From Myxococcota bacterium (lineage in GTDB: Bacteria; Myxococcota_A; UBA9160; UBA6930), in the NCBI GenBank assembly GCA_965223705.1, contig OZ245015.1:896001-960000 (forward strand): a stretch of DNA of 64,000 bases, given 5' to 3'. The notes under the pieces are model-generated. The model was not told the origin of the DNA and made no database searches. It saw only the letters and a program-made list of their open reading frames with translations. A program made the position numbers and the translations under genes. Shown one piece after another: positions 47,207 through 56,875 of this stretch (the stretch's first letter is position 1; every line of letters starts with the position of its first letter).

Positions 47207-48580
47207 ATGGCTGTGAAGAAGCGCATGTTCTTCAACGCGTTCCACATGAACTGCGTCGTTCACCAATCACCAGGGCTCTGGGTTCGAGAAGACGACCACA
47301 TGGCCGACTACAAGAACTTGGATTCCTGGATCGAGTTCGCGAAGCTGATCGAACGAGGGAAGTTCGACGCCGTATTCCTCGCCGATGTCGTGGGCACATA
47401 CGATGTCTACGGAGGTAGTCGCGACGCTGCGGTCCGGGGCGCTGCCCAGGTTCCGGTGAACGATCCGATGCTGCTCATCCCTCCGATGGCGGCGGTGACC
47501 GAGCACCTGGGGTTCGGCTTTACGAGCTCCGTACTGCAAGCGCATCCCATCACGTTCGCTCGGCAGATCACCACGCTCGACCACCTCACCAAGGGACGGG
47601 TGGGCTGGAACATCGTGACGTCGTATCTCGAGAGTACCGGGCGCGCGTACGGCTTGGGCGGGCTCCCCGACCACGACGTCCGCTACGAGATGGCCGACGA
47701 GTTCTGCCACCTCTGTTACCAGCTGTGGGAAGACAGTTGGGCCGATGACGCCGTCATCGTCGACCGAGAGCGAGGCATCTACGCCGACCCGGCCAAGGTT
47801 CGCGATGTTCTTCACCAAGGAGACTTCTACAAGTTCGAGGGTTGCTACATCGCAGAACCCTCTCCGCAGCGAACCCCCGTGCTGTTTCAAGCCGGCGCGT
47901 CTGAACGCGGTGCGAAGTTTGCCGGCGACCACGCGGAATGCATCTTCGTCATCGGCGCAACGCCTGAAATCAGCGGCAACTATGTCAAGAACGTGCGTGC
48001 GCAAATGGCGCAGCGTGGGCGCAAGCCCGAGGATGTCCTGGGCTTTGCGTACATGAAGGTGATCACCGGAGGCACGGAAGAGGAGGCGCTCAGACTCCGC
48101 AACGAATACCTCGAGCAAATCGACTACGACGGAGCGATGGCCCTCATGGGTGGTTGGGCCGGCGTCGATTTGAGCTCTCTCGATCCCGACCAGCCGGTGG
48201 AATACATCGAGACCAACGCCGTGCGGACCATGCTGCACAGCTTCACCCAAGCGGATCCCAACCGAGAATGGACCGTCCGCGACATCACCCGCTACATCGG
48301 CTTGGGCGGCGCAGGCCCCGTACTCGTGGGTGCGCCCGAACAGATTGCCGACCAGCTCGAGGATTGGATCGACGCGGGCGTCGATGGTTTCAACCTGTCG
48401 TACGCCACCCTCCCGGGAAGTTTCGAAGACTTCATCGACGGCGTCGTGCCTGTGCTTCAGCGCCGCGGCCGCATGCAAACGGAGTACGCCGAAGGCACTC
48501 TTCGCGAAAAACTCTTCCCGGGTCGTGGCGCGCGCATCGCGCGTCCACACCCGGCGGCGACGTGTCGGCGACCTTGGTAA
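47207..48580 (+). CDS. NtaA/DmoA/DszA family FMNH2-dependent monooxygenase
   Basis: FDAVFLAD, GRVGWNIVTSY and PSPQRTPVLFQAGAS motifs. Confidence 0.92.
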   Translation: MAVKKRMFFNAFHMNCVVHQSPGLWVREDDHMADYKNLDSWIEFAKLIERGKFDAVFLADVVGTYDVYGGSRDAAVRGAAQVPVNDPMLLIPPMAAVTEHLGFGFTSSVLQAHPITFARQITTLDHLTKGRVGWNIVTSYLESTGRAYGLGGLPDHDVRYEMADEFCHLCYQLWEDSWADDAVIVDRERGIYADPAKVRDVLHQGDFYKFEGCYIAEPSPQRTPVLFQAGASERGAKFAGDHAECIFVIGATPEISGNYVKNVRAQMAQRGRKPEDVLGFAYMKVITGGTEEEALRLRNEYLEQIDYDGAMALMGGWAGVDLSSLDPDQPVEYIETNAVRTMLHSFTQADPNREWTVRDITRYIGLGGAGPVLVGAPEQIADQLEDWIDAGVDGFNLSYATLPGSFEDFIDGVVPVLQRRGRMQTEYAEGTLREKLFPGRGARIARPHPAATCRRPW

Positions 48581-48614
48581 GCGCACTCGCCCAGCACCGG
48601 TTGGGCGAGCCCCC

Positions 48615-49175
48615 TTGACCCAGTTCGAGTACATCACCGTCCTACAGTCGATCGTCGTCGCGTTCGCACTCTCCGAGGTGTTATCGACTTGGGGCGGCCT
48701 CGTGAGAAACCGCGCCCGAGTCCGGATGTACTGGGTCTACATCGGCTGGAGCGGCCTCGTGTTGCTGGGCCTGATTCAGATTTGGTGGGGTACGTGGCAG
48801 TACCGCGAGGTCGGGTTTCCGAGCCTCCTATCGCTGCTTCTTCTGCTCGCACCGCCTCTGACGCTCGCGTTTGCCGCCTTTGTCTTCCAGCCGAACATGG
48901 CAGGGGACGAACCGATCGATCTGGTGGCCCAATACGAGGCCAATCGCAAATGGTTCTTCCCGCTGATGGCGCTCGTCCTCGCCGAACTGAGCGTTGTGGA
49001 TTGGACGGTTGCCCGGCAGCCGATACTTCACGCCGAGAACCTCGTGCGCTTGTTGGGTGTTTTGCTGAGCCTCTCTCTCGCAATCGTCGAGAACCGTCGC
49101 GTTCACCAACTCGCGCTGGCGGGCTCCTTTCTTCTCTTCTTGGTATTCGTGAAAGTGGCCTACCAGGCGTCGTAG
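48615..49175 (+). CDS. Multi-pass membrane hypothetical protein
   Basis: TTG start, FEYITVLQSIVVAFALSE, about five TM helices. Confidence 0.65.
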   Translation: MTQFEYITVLQSIVVAFALSEVLSTWGGLVRNRARVRMYWVYIGWSGLVLLGLIQIWWGTWQYREVGFPSLLSLLLLLAPPLTLAFAAFVFQPNMAGDEPIDLVAQYEANRKWFFPLMALVLAELSVVDWTVARQPILHAENLVRLLGVLLSLSLAIVENRRVHQLALAGSFLLFLVFVKVAYQAS

Positions 49176-49978
49176 GCGCCCTGCGTTGCCGAACCGAGGC
49201 GTGCGCGAAAGAACGCGAGCACCCGGTCCCGAGCGGCGACAGTGGGATGACCCGCTTCGTCGCGAAAGTCGATGGTGAGGACGCTGTGCGGGCCGGTCGG
49301 GTTCCGGCTGTCGCGAACCTGCTTCGAATCGATTTCGATTCCCTCGAAACCGGTGCCGAGCTCTCGGTGGAGGCGCTGAAAGCGCTCAGGAGGCGAGGTT
49401 GAGTCTTCGCTAAAGCGAAGGCCCAACACCTTGCAGCCCGAAGCGACGCGCTCCTTGACTGTCGCGAGTTCCGCGTCGGAGATGTGGAGCCCGGCGCGGC
49501 GCGCTTTGCCGACGGGAAGCGGGAGCGAGGGTTGGCATAGGACGGGCGCCAAGAGAGCGGGTTCCATCATCAGGGCGAGCGCAAAGTTCCCGGTGAGACA
49601 CATCCCGAGGGCGCCGATGCCCTCGCCTCCGCATTCGTCGTGGATGTGGCGAGCGAGGGCGCGAAGCCAGTCGCAGATCGGGCTCGACCGGTGCGCGGCG
49701 AGGACGCGGAACTCGCGGCTGATGCATGCGCGAGCGAGCTGGCCGAACGCGTAACCGTTCGAGACCGGTTTCCCGGTCGTCCCGAAAAGCACGGGTAGGA
49801 AAACGCAGAAACCCGCGTCGACCACTTCGTTCGCGAAGCGAATGACGTCGGGGTGCACTCCGGGTACTTCGTGCATGATGAGCACGCCCGATCCCTCGCC
49901 GCGGCGGAACACGGTTCGCGTTTTTCGATCGTGCGAAAAATCCGAGCGATCCCAACCCGGGATGTGGTTCGTCTCGAT
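49160..49978 (-). CDS. Dienelactone hydrolase family protein; probable non-canonical (ATC) start
   Basis: HEVPG, GMCLTGNF (Cys nucleophile) and HSVLT; protein-like N-terminus continues upstream of the first GTG. Confidence 0.85.
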   Translation of the reverse strand: METNHIPGWDRSDFSHDRKTRTVFRRGEGSGVLIMHEVPGVHPDVIRFANEVVDAGFCVFLPVLFGTTGKPVSNGYAFGQLARACISREFRVLAAHRSSPICDWLRALARHIHDECGGEGIGALGMCLTGNFALALMMEPALLAPVLCQPSLPLPVGKARRAGLHISDAELATVKERVASGCKVLGLRFSEDSTSPPERFQRLHRELGTGFEGIEIDSKQVRDSRNPTGPHSVLTIDFRDEAGHPTVAARDRVLAFFRARLGSATQGAYDAW

Positions 49979-49996
49979 GCTGACCCCCGGAAGTCG

Positions 49997-51052
49997 CTAG
50001 GGCGTGATCGCGACCTTCAGTACGCCGTCTCGTTGGCTCCCGAAGAGGTCGTAGGCCGCTTCGATCTCGTCGAGTTTGAAGCGGTGCGTCACCAGTGGTT
50101 CGAGGTTGACTCTCCCGGAAGCGATGACGGTCATCATCCGACGCATGCGCTCCTGGCCCCCCGGACAGAGTGTGGTGGCGATGCAGCGATCGGCCAGGCC
50201 GGCGCCGAAGGCATCGAGCGGGACCTTGAGATCCTCGGAGTAGACGCCGAGGCTCGAAACCGTTCCGCCGGGCTTGATGACCCGCAAGCAGCGCTCGAAG
50301 GTCTCTTGAAGTCCCAGCGCTTCGATGGCCACATCGACGCCGCGTCCGTCGGTGAGTCGGAGGATTTCTTCCACAGGGTCGACCTTGTGGAAGTCGATCA
50401 CGTCATCTGCACCCATCCGTTTCGAGATCTCGAGGCGTGCGGGAACTGTGTCGACGGCGATGATTCGCGTGGCTCCCATCAGCTTGGCGCCGGCCGTCGC
50501 ACAAAGGCCGATCGGTCCCTGAGCGAAGACGGCCACGGTGTCTCCGATCCGGATCTTGCCGCTTTCGGCGCCGCTAAAGCCCGTCGTCATGATGTCCGGG
50601 CACATCAACACCTGTTCATCGGTCAGCTCTTCGGGAACAGGGGCCAGGTTCGCCGCCGCGTTGGGAATGACCACGTACTCGGCTTGCGCGCCGTCTACGG
50701 TGTTGCCCAGCTGCCAGCCTCCCATCGCCTGCCCGCCGCACTGGGAATGGTGCCCTTCGAAGCAGGAGGCGCACTGGCCGCACGGCGTAATTGCGCCCGC
50801 GATAACCCGTTGGCCCTCCTCGAAGCCGCGCACTCCCGAACCGAGGGCCGCGATCACGCCGACGGGCTCGTGCCCGACCGTGAGTCCTTTTGCAACGGGG
50901 TATTCGCCTTTGAGGATATGGACATCGGTGCCGCAGATCGTTGTCGTGCTGACACGCAGTAGCGCTTCGCCCGGACCCGGGCTCGGAATCGGCTTCTCCT
51001 CCAGGACGATCCGTCCCGGTTCGACAAAAATCGCGGCTTTCATCTTGTCCAT
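49997..51052 (-). CDS. Zinc-dependent alcohol dehydrogenase
   Basis: CGTDVH, GHEPVG, CGQCASC and QGPIGL motifs. Confidence 0.95.
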   Translation of the reverse strand: MDKMKAAIFVEPGRIVLEEKPIPSPGPGEALLRVSTTTICGTDVHILKGEYPVAKGLTVGHEPVGVIAALGSGVRGFEEGQRVIAGAITPCGQCASCFEGHHSQCGGQAMGGWQLGNTVDGAQAEYVVIPNAAANLAPVPEELTDEQVLMCPDIMTTGFSGAESGKIRIGDTVAVFAQGPIGLCATAGAKLMGATRIIAVDTVPARLEISKRMGADDVIDFHKVDPVEEILRLTDGRGVDVAIEALGLQETFERCLRVIKPGGTVSSLGVYSEDLKVPLDAFGAGLADRCIATTLCPGGQERMRRMMTVIASGRVNLEPLVTHRFKLDEIEAAYDLFGSQRDGVLKVAITP

Positions 51053-51124
51053 CTCGGCCTCCTTCGCATTGTCATTCTCTACCTACGCTGCCGGAATGGG
51101 AAGCAATTGAAGCGCCGTCGACAC

Positions 51125-51634
51125 CTACTTTCCGCACCAGCGCAGGGGAAAACCCGTCGGATCCCAGAAGTGCGACGGTGAGTAGGAGAAGCGCCGCTCC
51201 TCCGGCGACGGAAAGGGCTCACAGCCGCCACCCTCGCAGTAACCCAGCGCGTTGCCGACCAGGGTCTCTCCCTCGAACCTCGATTCGAGGGGCACGGCTG
51301 CGGGTCGAAGATTGTTGTCGACGATCAGCAGGCCACCGGCTTCGCCCCCGTCGTCAGAGAACTGAAGCAGCGTCGAACCTTCGGTCCACACGACCGTGTA
51401 GAACTTCGCGTCCGCAAGCGCAGGACAGTTCGTTGTGGAGCTGTGCGTGGTGGTGTGGAGGACGTACCAACCGTGCCGAACGCCGATGACTTCGTCCGCG
51501 CGTCGTGCGCGTTCCAGGGCTTCTGCGGCGGTGTCGATCTCCGCCAGATCCGCAAGCGCGGGATCGCGCGTCGCGGTGTTTGTTCCGCCGCCGCATGAAG
51601 CGAGGAGGAGCACAACTAGCACCAACCACGTCAT
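51125..51634 (-). CDS. Predicted lipoprotein
   Basis: Lipobox LASC-GG, RBS GGAG. Confidence 0.65.
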   Translation of the reverse strand: MTWLVLVVLLLASCGGGTNTATRDPALADLAEIDTAAEALERARRADEVIGVRHGWYVLHTTTHSSTTNCPALADAKFYTVVWTEGSTLLQFSDDGGEAGGLLIVDNNLRPAAVPLESRFEGETLVGNALGYCEGGGCEPFPSPEERRFSYSPSHFWDPTGFPLRWCGK

Positions 51635-51647
51635 CTCCGGAGTTTAC

Positions 51648-51685
51648 AAAAGAAAGAGACCCCGAGCCGAAGCCCGAGGCCTCTC
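51648..51685 (-). terminator. Rho-independent terminator
   Basis: Minus strand GAGAGGCCTCGGGC-TTCG-GCTCGGGGTCTCT followed by TTCTTTT. Confidence 0.75.
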
Positions 51686-51703
51686 GTCGATGCCTTTTTT
51701 GCG

Positions 51704-52078
51704 TTACTCGAGTTCGAAGAGCTTCCCGTTCCAAGTGCGTTTCGCGAGGTTGACGCGCCCTTCGGCGATGACCGTTTGACCGTTCCCGAGCGTCACGGCT
51801 CCGCGGGTTTCCCACTCTCCCGGCTTCTCGAGCCAGTAAACGCCCATCCCTTCGCCGTGGAGAACACCCGACTCGAGGAAGCCCACCCCTTTGTCCGAGT
51901 AACTTCCCCGATCGTTGGTTCCGGTGTAGATCACGGTTGACACGACGGTACCGGAGAGTTGTCCGGAGACTTCGCCCTCCATGTTCACCTCAATGGTGCG
52001 CTGATCGCCGTCGATGTTTGTGACGGTCATCGATGTCGACTTGCTCTTGTAGCTTCCGATCTCTTTTCCGGTGGGCAT
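51704..52078 (-). CDS. Hypothetical beta-rich protein
   Basis: RBS AAGGA; coherent 124-aa ORF followed by a terminator. Confidence 0.7.
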   Translation of the reverse strand: MPTGKEIGSYKSKSTSMTVTNIDGDQRTIEVNMEGEVSGQLSGTVVSTVIYTGTNDRGSYSDKGVGFLESGVLHGEGMGVYWLEKPGEWETRGAVTLGNGQTVIAEGRVNLAKRTWNGKLFELE

Positions 52079-52212
52079 GGCGTTTCCTTTCGATAAGAGT
52101 TGCCCTGCACCACCAGTAGACTCCTCGCGTCGACTCCGAGCAATCGAAATCGCCGCTCCCCGCGAGAGCCCCGTGGGCAGCTCGCTTGCCGCTCAGTCAC
52201 GGAGTTTCTCGT

Positions 52213-54012
52213 TCAGTGTACGAGATCGCCGCTCGCGGGAAGCTCGGGACGTACCGTTACGAGCTCGGCAGACGTGAGTTCGGGACCGACCGCTACGATC
52301 AGCACGATGTACCGTCCCCACGGTTCGCCGTCGGGCTTCCGGAATGCGACAGCAATCGCGACGTCGAGTTCGTCCGACGACAAAAAGGGCTCCGGAAGCT
52401 CGATGTCACCGAGGTGTGTCGTCTCACTGATCCAGCCGCTGACCGGTCGTTGCACTTGATCGAGGGCGTCTTGAAGCAGCTGGTGCAACGCCTCCTCGGA
52501 AGATGTGCCTCGTTGAATGCGGATTGCCGCCTCTAGGCACAAATCCGACAACGACGTCCGCAACACGGGAGACCGAGTGTTTCTCAACCGTCGCTCTGTT
52601 TCGAGTTTTCGCAGGATTGAAGCGACGTGGGCCTCATGCTCATCCGACCCGAAGATCTGGTAGGTGCCAATGAGAAGGCCACGAAGGCTCGCGCTCGATC
52701 TCGCCTCGCTAAGTGCACCCACAGCGATCGTACGCGCCTCTGGATCGAGGAGGCTTGCGCGCTTCGCGGGAGATTCGAGCATGCCGCGAATCAGACGCTC
52801 GAGATTCGTGTAAGCCGTCGACCAGCCCCACGCAACCGCTCCGGATTGCACGATGTCTTCGACACGCCAGCCGGCCATCATCCCGAGCATGACAAGGTCC
52901 GTGGTCGAACCGGGAGCATTCCCCGAGATAGAGGCCATCAAGTGAGGGGCCAACTCGCGGCCAACCTCGCTTTGCGTTGAAGAGAACTCGAGAGCCGTGA
53001 GACCGGCTTGCTCCCGGATCTGGTTGACAATTCTTGCCGCCGCGCGTTCGAGAACGGCCGGATCGTCCGCGTCGCGGCGAACGTCAAAGCGGACTCGCCG
53101 ATACCGCGATGACCGATCCTTCTTAGGGCGGAACATCAGATCGAGGACTGAATGCGCGACGAACCGCCCTGCGGGTTGTGCCAGCAATACCGCTTGGACG
53201 GACTCTTCGACCCCCGCGTGTTCGCAGGTAAACGAGAAGTGCGGCAAGCGAACCGTGTCGTCTTGCTGGCACACTTCCACACCAAACTCGCCGCGGTTCG
53301 CCAACAGTGACACACTCTCACTCGGGTTCAGCAAGGTACCGCGAACGCGCACTGGCTCACCGGGCGTCCGCTCCGTGACGATCTTCTCGAACTGCACGCG
53401 TCGTCGTCCGCTTGCGACGACAAAGAGCCCGGTGTCGGCACGACGACCGTACCAGACGCCCGCACTCAACGGCCCACCAACGAGGTGCTTTTCAAGCATC
53501 TCTTGGATGCGATCGGCCTGGTTGAGCATCACCGCTTGGTCATCCTCGACACTGCGGAAGTAGAGGGAACTCGTAGAGACTCCGACAGAGGCGGCGTTGC
53601 ATCGCGCTGTGATGAAGCGGCGGAGCTCGGGCGTCGGGTTTGCCTCGTGCTCGAAATAGAAGAGCCCGATCTCCCGAGCGACACAGTGCATCGCTTCGGT
53701 CGGCACGATGAGTCCAGCCCGTTTTTCCGCCGCCTGCTTCAAGACGGTTCCCCAGAGCGACGTGTCAACGAAAGGGGCGGGATCGATCGCATCGGGGAAC
53801 GGTCCAGACAATTCCCATTCCGGTACGTCTTTCTCGGTTGCTTCGAAGATGCCGTGAGGAACGGTTCCTTGTCCCAGTGACTGAAGGGTCTCGGGCGTCG
53901 GAAAGGGGGAATCTCTTTCCGCGGCCAAGGCGTTGGCCGCATCGAGGAGGATGGTCCCGAGTGCCATGAGCAGCAACCGGGTGATACCTCTGCTGGGTCT
54001 TGAATCTCGCAT
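52213..54012 (-). CDS. Exported hypothetical protein with degenerate CAP/SCP-like segment (paralog of 36554-38293)
   Basis: Shares WELxGPFPD, PTEAMHCVARE, LGMxAGW and GEPWGRY blocks with its paralog. Confidence 0.7.
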   Translation of the reverse strand: MRDSRPSRGITRLLLMALGTILLDAANALAAERDSPFPTPETLQSLGQGTVPHGIFEATEKDVPEWELSGPFPDAIDPAPFVDTSLWGTVLKQAAEKRAGLIVPTEAMHCVAREIGLFYFEHEANPTPELRRFITARCNAASVGVSTSSLYFRSVEDDQAVMLNQADRIQEMLEKHLVGGPLSAGVWYGRRADTGLFVVASGRRRVQFEKIVTERTPGEPVRVRGTLLNPSESVSLLANRGEFGVEVCQQDDTVRLPHFSFTCEHAGVEESVQAVLLAQPAGRFVAHSVLDLMFRPKKDRSSRYRRVRFDVRRDADDPAVLERAAARIVNQIREQAGLTALEFSSTQSEVGRELAPHLMASISGNAPGSTTDLVMLGMMAGWRVEDIVQSGAVAWGWSTAYTNLERLIRGMLESPAKRASLLDPEARTIAVGALSEARSSASLRGLLIGTYQIFGSDEHEAHVASILRKLETERRLRNTRSPVLRTSLSDLCLEAAIRIQRGTSSEEALHQLLQDALDQVQRPVSGWISETTHLGDIELPEPFLSSDELDVAIAVAFRKPDGEPWGRYIVLIVAVGPELTSAELVTVRPELPASGDLVH

Positions 54013-54144
54013 GTCAGGCAAATCGGGAGATTCAAGCGTGTGCTTGAAGGGGCCGTCTCCGGCTACAACTCTTGCAACTTTTGTTGCACGTCTTGGGTCA
54101 TCGGGTTCACACGCGTTGACCCGCGCGAATGGAGTCAGTTTGTC

Positions 54145-54420
54145 ATGAACGCGCTCGTCGATTTTCTCCTGTTCCGAAAGATGGCCTCTCCCTTCTTGCT
54201 CCAGATTCTCTTCTGGGCGGGCATCGGGGGGACGTTCTACGGCGCCTACGTCCTGCTTCAGCTCGACAATTGGGCGTGGTGTCCGGCTCTTGTTTTCGGA
54301 AGTCTCGGCACACGCGTGCTCTTCGAGCGTCTGCTCTTGTCGTTCCGGAGCTTCGAGCAGCTCGAAGAGCTCGTCGACCTGCTCCGGCGCAACACCGGGG
54401 AGCAGTTTCTCGGCAAGTAG
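54145..54420 (+). CDS. Small membrane protein (DUF4282-like)
   Basis: DFLLFRKMASPFLLQILFW...RVLFERLLLSFR; RBS GGAG. Confidence 0.6.
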   Translation: MNALVDFLLFRKMASPFLLQILFWAGIGGTFYGAYVLLQLDNWAWCPALVFGSLGTRVLFERLLLSFRSFEQLEELVDLLRRNTGEQFLGK

Positions 54421-54522
54421 CCGCTTTTTATCCAACGGACGCGACACGTTTTCCGGAAAACCGGCACTCACTTGGGCCCGCCATCTCGGCGCACCCCTGT
54501 ACTTCCGGAAGAGGAACTAAAT

Positions 54523-55869
54523 TTGCGTATCGCGTCACTTCTCTTGACTTCGTGCCTTGTACTCGTTCTCGCGGCTCCGGGCCTCGCCCGCAACGAGCGC
54601 AACCGATCGGTTCGTCCTGTGACCGATCGCGACTTCTACGACAACGGGCGTCCGGACCCCGGCAAAGTCGAACTCGGGCGCCTGCTCTTCTTCGACAAGG
54701 TCTTGAGCGGAAACGAAAACATCTCCTGCGGTAGCTGCCATCACTCCCTCACGGACACAGGCGACGGCCTGTCGCTGTCGATCGGCGAAGGCGGCGTTGG
54801 ACTGGGCGTGACCCGCGATACCGGAGCCGGCGACGACGCCGTGCACGAGCGTGTACCGCGCAATGCCCCCCCGGTCTTCAACCTCGGCGCTCGTGAATTC
54901 ATGACCCTCTTTTGGGATGGGCGCGTCACGATCGACGAAGATGGTCACTTTGTTTCGCCGGCCGGAGCCGACCTGCCCGAAGGTCTCGACAACCCCCTCG
55001 CGGTTCAGGCCATGTTCCCGGTCACGTCCGGTACGGAGATGGCGGGCCAGCCCGGCGAGAACGCGCAGGCCGACGCTGCTGCCGCCGGCGATTTGCCCTT
55101 GGTGTGGGAAATCATCGCCGAAAAGCTCCGGGGGATTCCCGAGTACGTCGATCGTTTCTCCGCGGTCTACGACGACGTGAGTCATGCCTCGGATGTGACC
55201 TACGTGCACGTCGCCAATGCGATCGCGGCTTTCGAAGCTTCGGACTGGCGTTTCACGGACAGCCCGTTCGACGAGTTCTTGCGCGGTAATCGCGATGCGA
55301 TGAGCCGGAGCGCCCAGCGCGGAATGCGGCTCTTCTACGGAAAGGCGAACTGTTCGAGCTGCCACGCCGGCCCGTTCCAGACCGATCACGACTTCCACGC
55401 GATCGCGATGCCCCAGATCGGGCCGGGAAAGGGCGACGGCGTCGACGGGAACGAAGATTTCGGACGGTTCCGCGAGACGGGTGATCCCGATGATCTCTTC
55501 CGGTTCCGCACGCCGACGCTTCGCAACGTCGCGTTGACGGGGCCCTGGGGACACGCCGGTGCGTACGACTCTCTCGAGGCGGTTGTCAAGCACCACCTCC
55601 GGCCCCGCCGTTCACTTCGCCGATACGATCCGAGCCAGGCCGTGTTGCCACCGCGCCCCGATCTCGACGCGCTTGATTTTCTCGTGATGGCCGATCCGGG
55701 GAAAGTCCGCGCGATCGCCGACGCAAATGAGCTACGAGGACAGCGCCTGCGCAAGTCGGAGTTCCAAGACCTCATGGCGTTCCTGCACGCGTTGACGGAT
55801 ACCGACGCCATCGATCTCAGGAAAGACGTTCCGATGACGGTGCCGAGCGGCCTCCCGGTGTTTGACTAG
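54523..55869 (+). CDS. Di-heme cytochrome c peroxidase/MauG family protein
   Basis: LGRLLFFD, CGSCH, RNAP, FWDGR, CSSCH and FRTPTLRNV. Confidence 0.92.
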   Translation: MRIASLLLTSCLVLVLAAPGLARNERNRSVRPVTDRDFYDNGRPDPGKVELGRLLFFDKVLSGNENISCGSCHHSLTDTGDGLSLSIGEGGVGLGVTRDTGAGDDAVHERVPRNAPPVFNLGAREFMTLFWDGRVTIDEDGHFVSPAGADLPEGLDNPLAVQAMFPVTSGTEMAGQPGENAQADAAAAGDLPLVWEIIAEKLRGIPEYVDRFSAVYDDVSHASDVTYVHVANAIAAFEASDWRFTDSPFDEFLRGNRDAMSRSAQRGMRLFYGKANCSSCHAGPFQTDHDFHAIAMPQIGPGKGDGVDGNEDFGRFRETGDPDDLFRFRTPTLRNVALTGPWGHAGAYDSLEAVVKHHLRPRRSLRRYDPSQAVLPPRPDLDALDFLVMADPGKVRAIADANELRGQRLRKSEFQDLMAFLHALTDTDAIDLRKDVPMTVPSGLPVFD

Positions 55870-55901
55870 TCTGTCGGGCGGTTGTCTAGGATGATATCCC
55901 G

Positions 55902-56342
55902 ATGAAGCCGTGGCTCGCGCTCGTTTTCTTGTCCCTCCTGTGCACGATCGCCCGTGCGGACGGGACGAAGGGCGCATTGATCGTGCATGTGACGGGTGCG
56001 GAATCGAGCGAGGGCCGAATCTTGGTCGCGCTCTTCGACTCGGAGTCGAGCTATCTGAAGACGCCGGTGGCGCAGGGGGCGTCGGGCATCGACGAGAAGG
56101 GCTCGGGCGCGGTTCGGTTCGGCGAACTCGCCCCGGGCTCGTACGCGGTCACCGTGTTCCACGACCGGAACGGCAATGGCGAACTCGACACGGGGTTTTT
56201 CGGAGTCCCGAAAGAGCCCGTTGGTTTTTCGAACAACGCCAAGGCCCGCTTCGGCCCCGCGAAGTGGGAGGCGACGCGCTTTTCCGTCGACGGGCCGTCG
56301 GTCGTGCAGAAGATCTCCCTCGTGCAGGCGGGCTCGTCGTAG
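55902..56342 (+). CDS. DUF2141 family exported protein
   Basis: GSYAVTVFHDRNGNGELD...PKEPVGFSNN. Confidence 0.88.
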   Translation: MKPWLALVFLSLLCTIARADGTKGALIVHVTGAESSEGRILVALFDSESSYLKTPVAQGASGIDEKGSGAVRFGELAPGSYAVTVFHDRNGNGELDTGFFGVPKEPVGFSNNAKARFGPAKWEATRFSVDGPSVVQKISLVQAGSS

Positions 56343-56398
56343 GTAAACGAAGCGGCTACGTGAGCGGGCGCGATCCCGACGTGTCAAGCTCCGCAGGT

Positions 56399-56875
56399 AT
56401 GACGCTCGAAAACTTGGGAAACGTGGGCGAGTTCCTCGGCGCCATCGCGGTGGTCACTTCCCTGATCTACCTCTCGGTGCAGGTCCGACAGAACTCTGCC
56501 CTTCAACAAGCATCCGTCGTGAGCGCTGTCTCCGACGCCGTGGCGTCTTCGCTATCCGCGATGCACGATACCGAGACGGCCGACCTCATGATTCGCGGGC
56601 TGGCGGGCCTCGAGCCGTTGTCCGACGTGGAACGGTTCCGCTTCAGCGTGCTCATGTTCACCGTCTTCAACTCTTGTCAGAAGGCTTTCTACCTCCACCA
56701 GTCGGGCGTGGCGCCCGAAGATCTGTGGACACGGATCCAGGGGGTCATCCGCTTCTACTTTGAAAACCCCGGTGTTCACGAATGGTGGGAGGGTGCGACC
56801 GATCGAATCGGTCCGGCCTTCGTCGACTGGGTCGATCAAAACGTGCTCTCCGCGCAGGAGCGCACGGCCCGCTAG
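56399..56875 (+). CDS. Membrane-anchored hypothetical protein (GEFLGA...LIYLSVQVRQN family)
   Basis: N-terminus shared with 38366-38884; PGVHEWW. Confidence 0.7.
   Translation: MTLENLGNVGEFLGAIAVVTSLIYLSVQVRQNSALQQASVVSAVSDAVASSLSAMHDTETADLMIRGLAGLEPLSDVERFRFSVLMFTVFNSCQKAFYLHQSGVAPEDLWTRIQGVIRFYFENPGVHEWWEGATDRIGPAFVDWVDQNVLSAQERTAR

Noticed and set aside
54013..54471. N-terminal extension of the 752-aa ORF
   Set aside because: It is antisense to a plausible small membrane gene and precedes the signal peptide; the paralog lacks it
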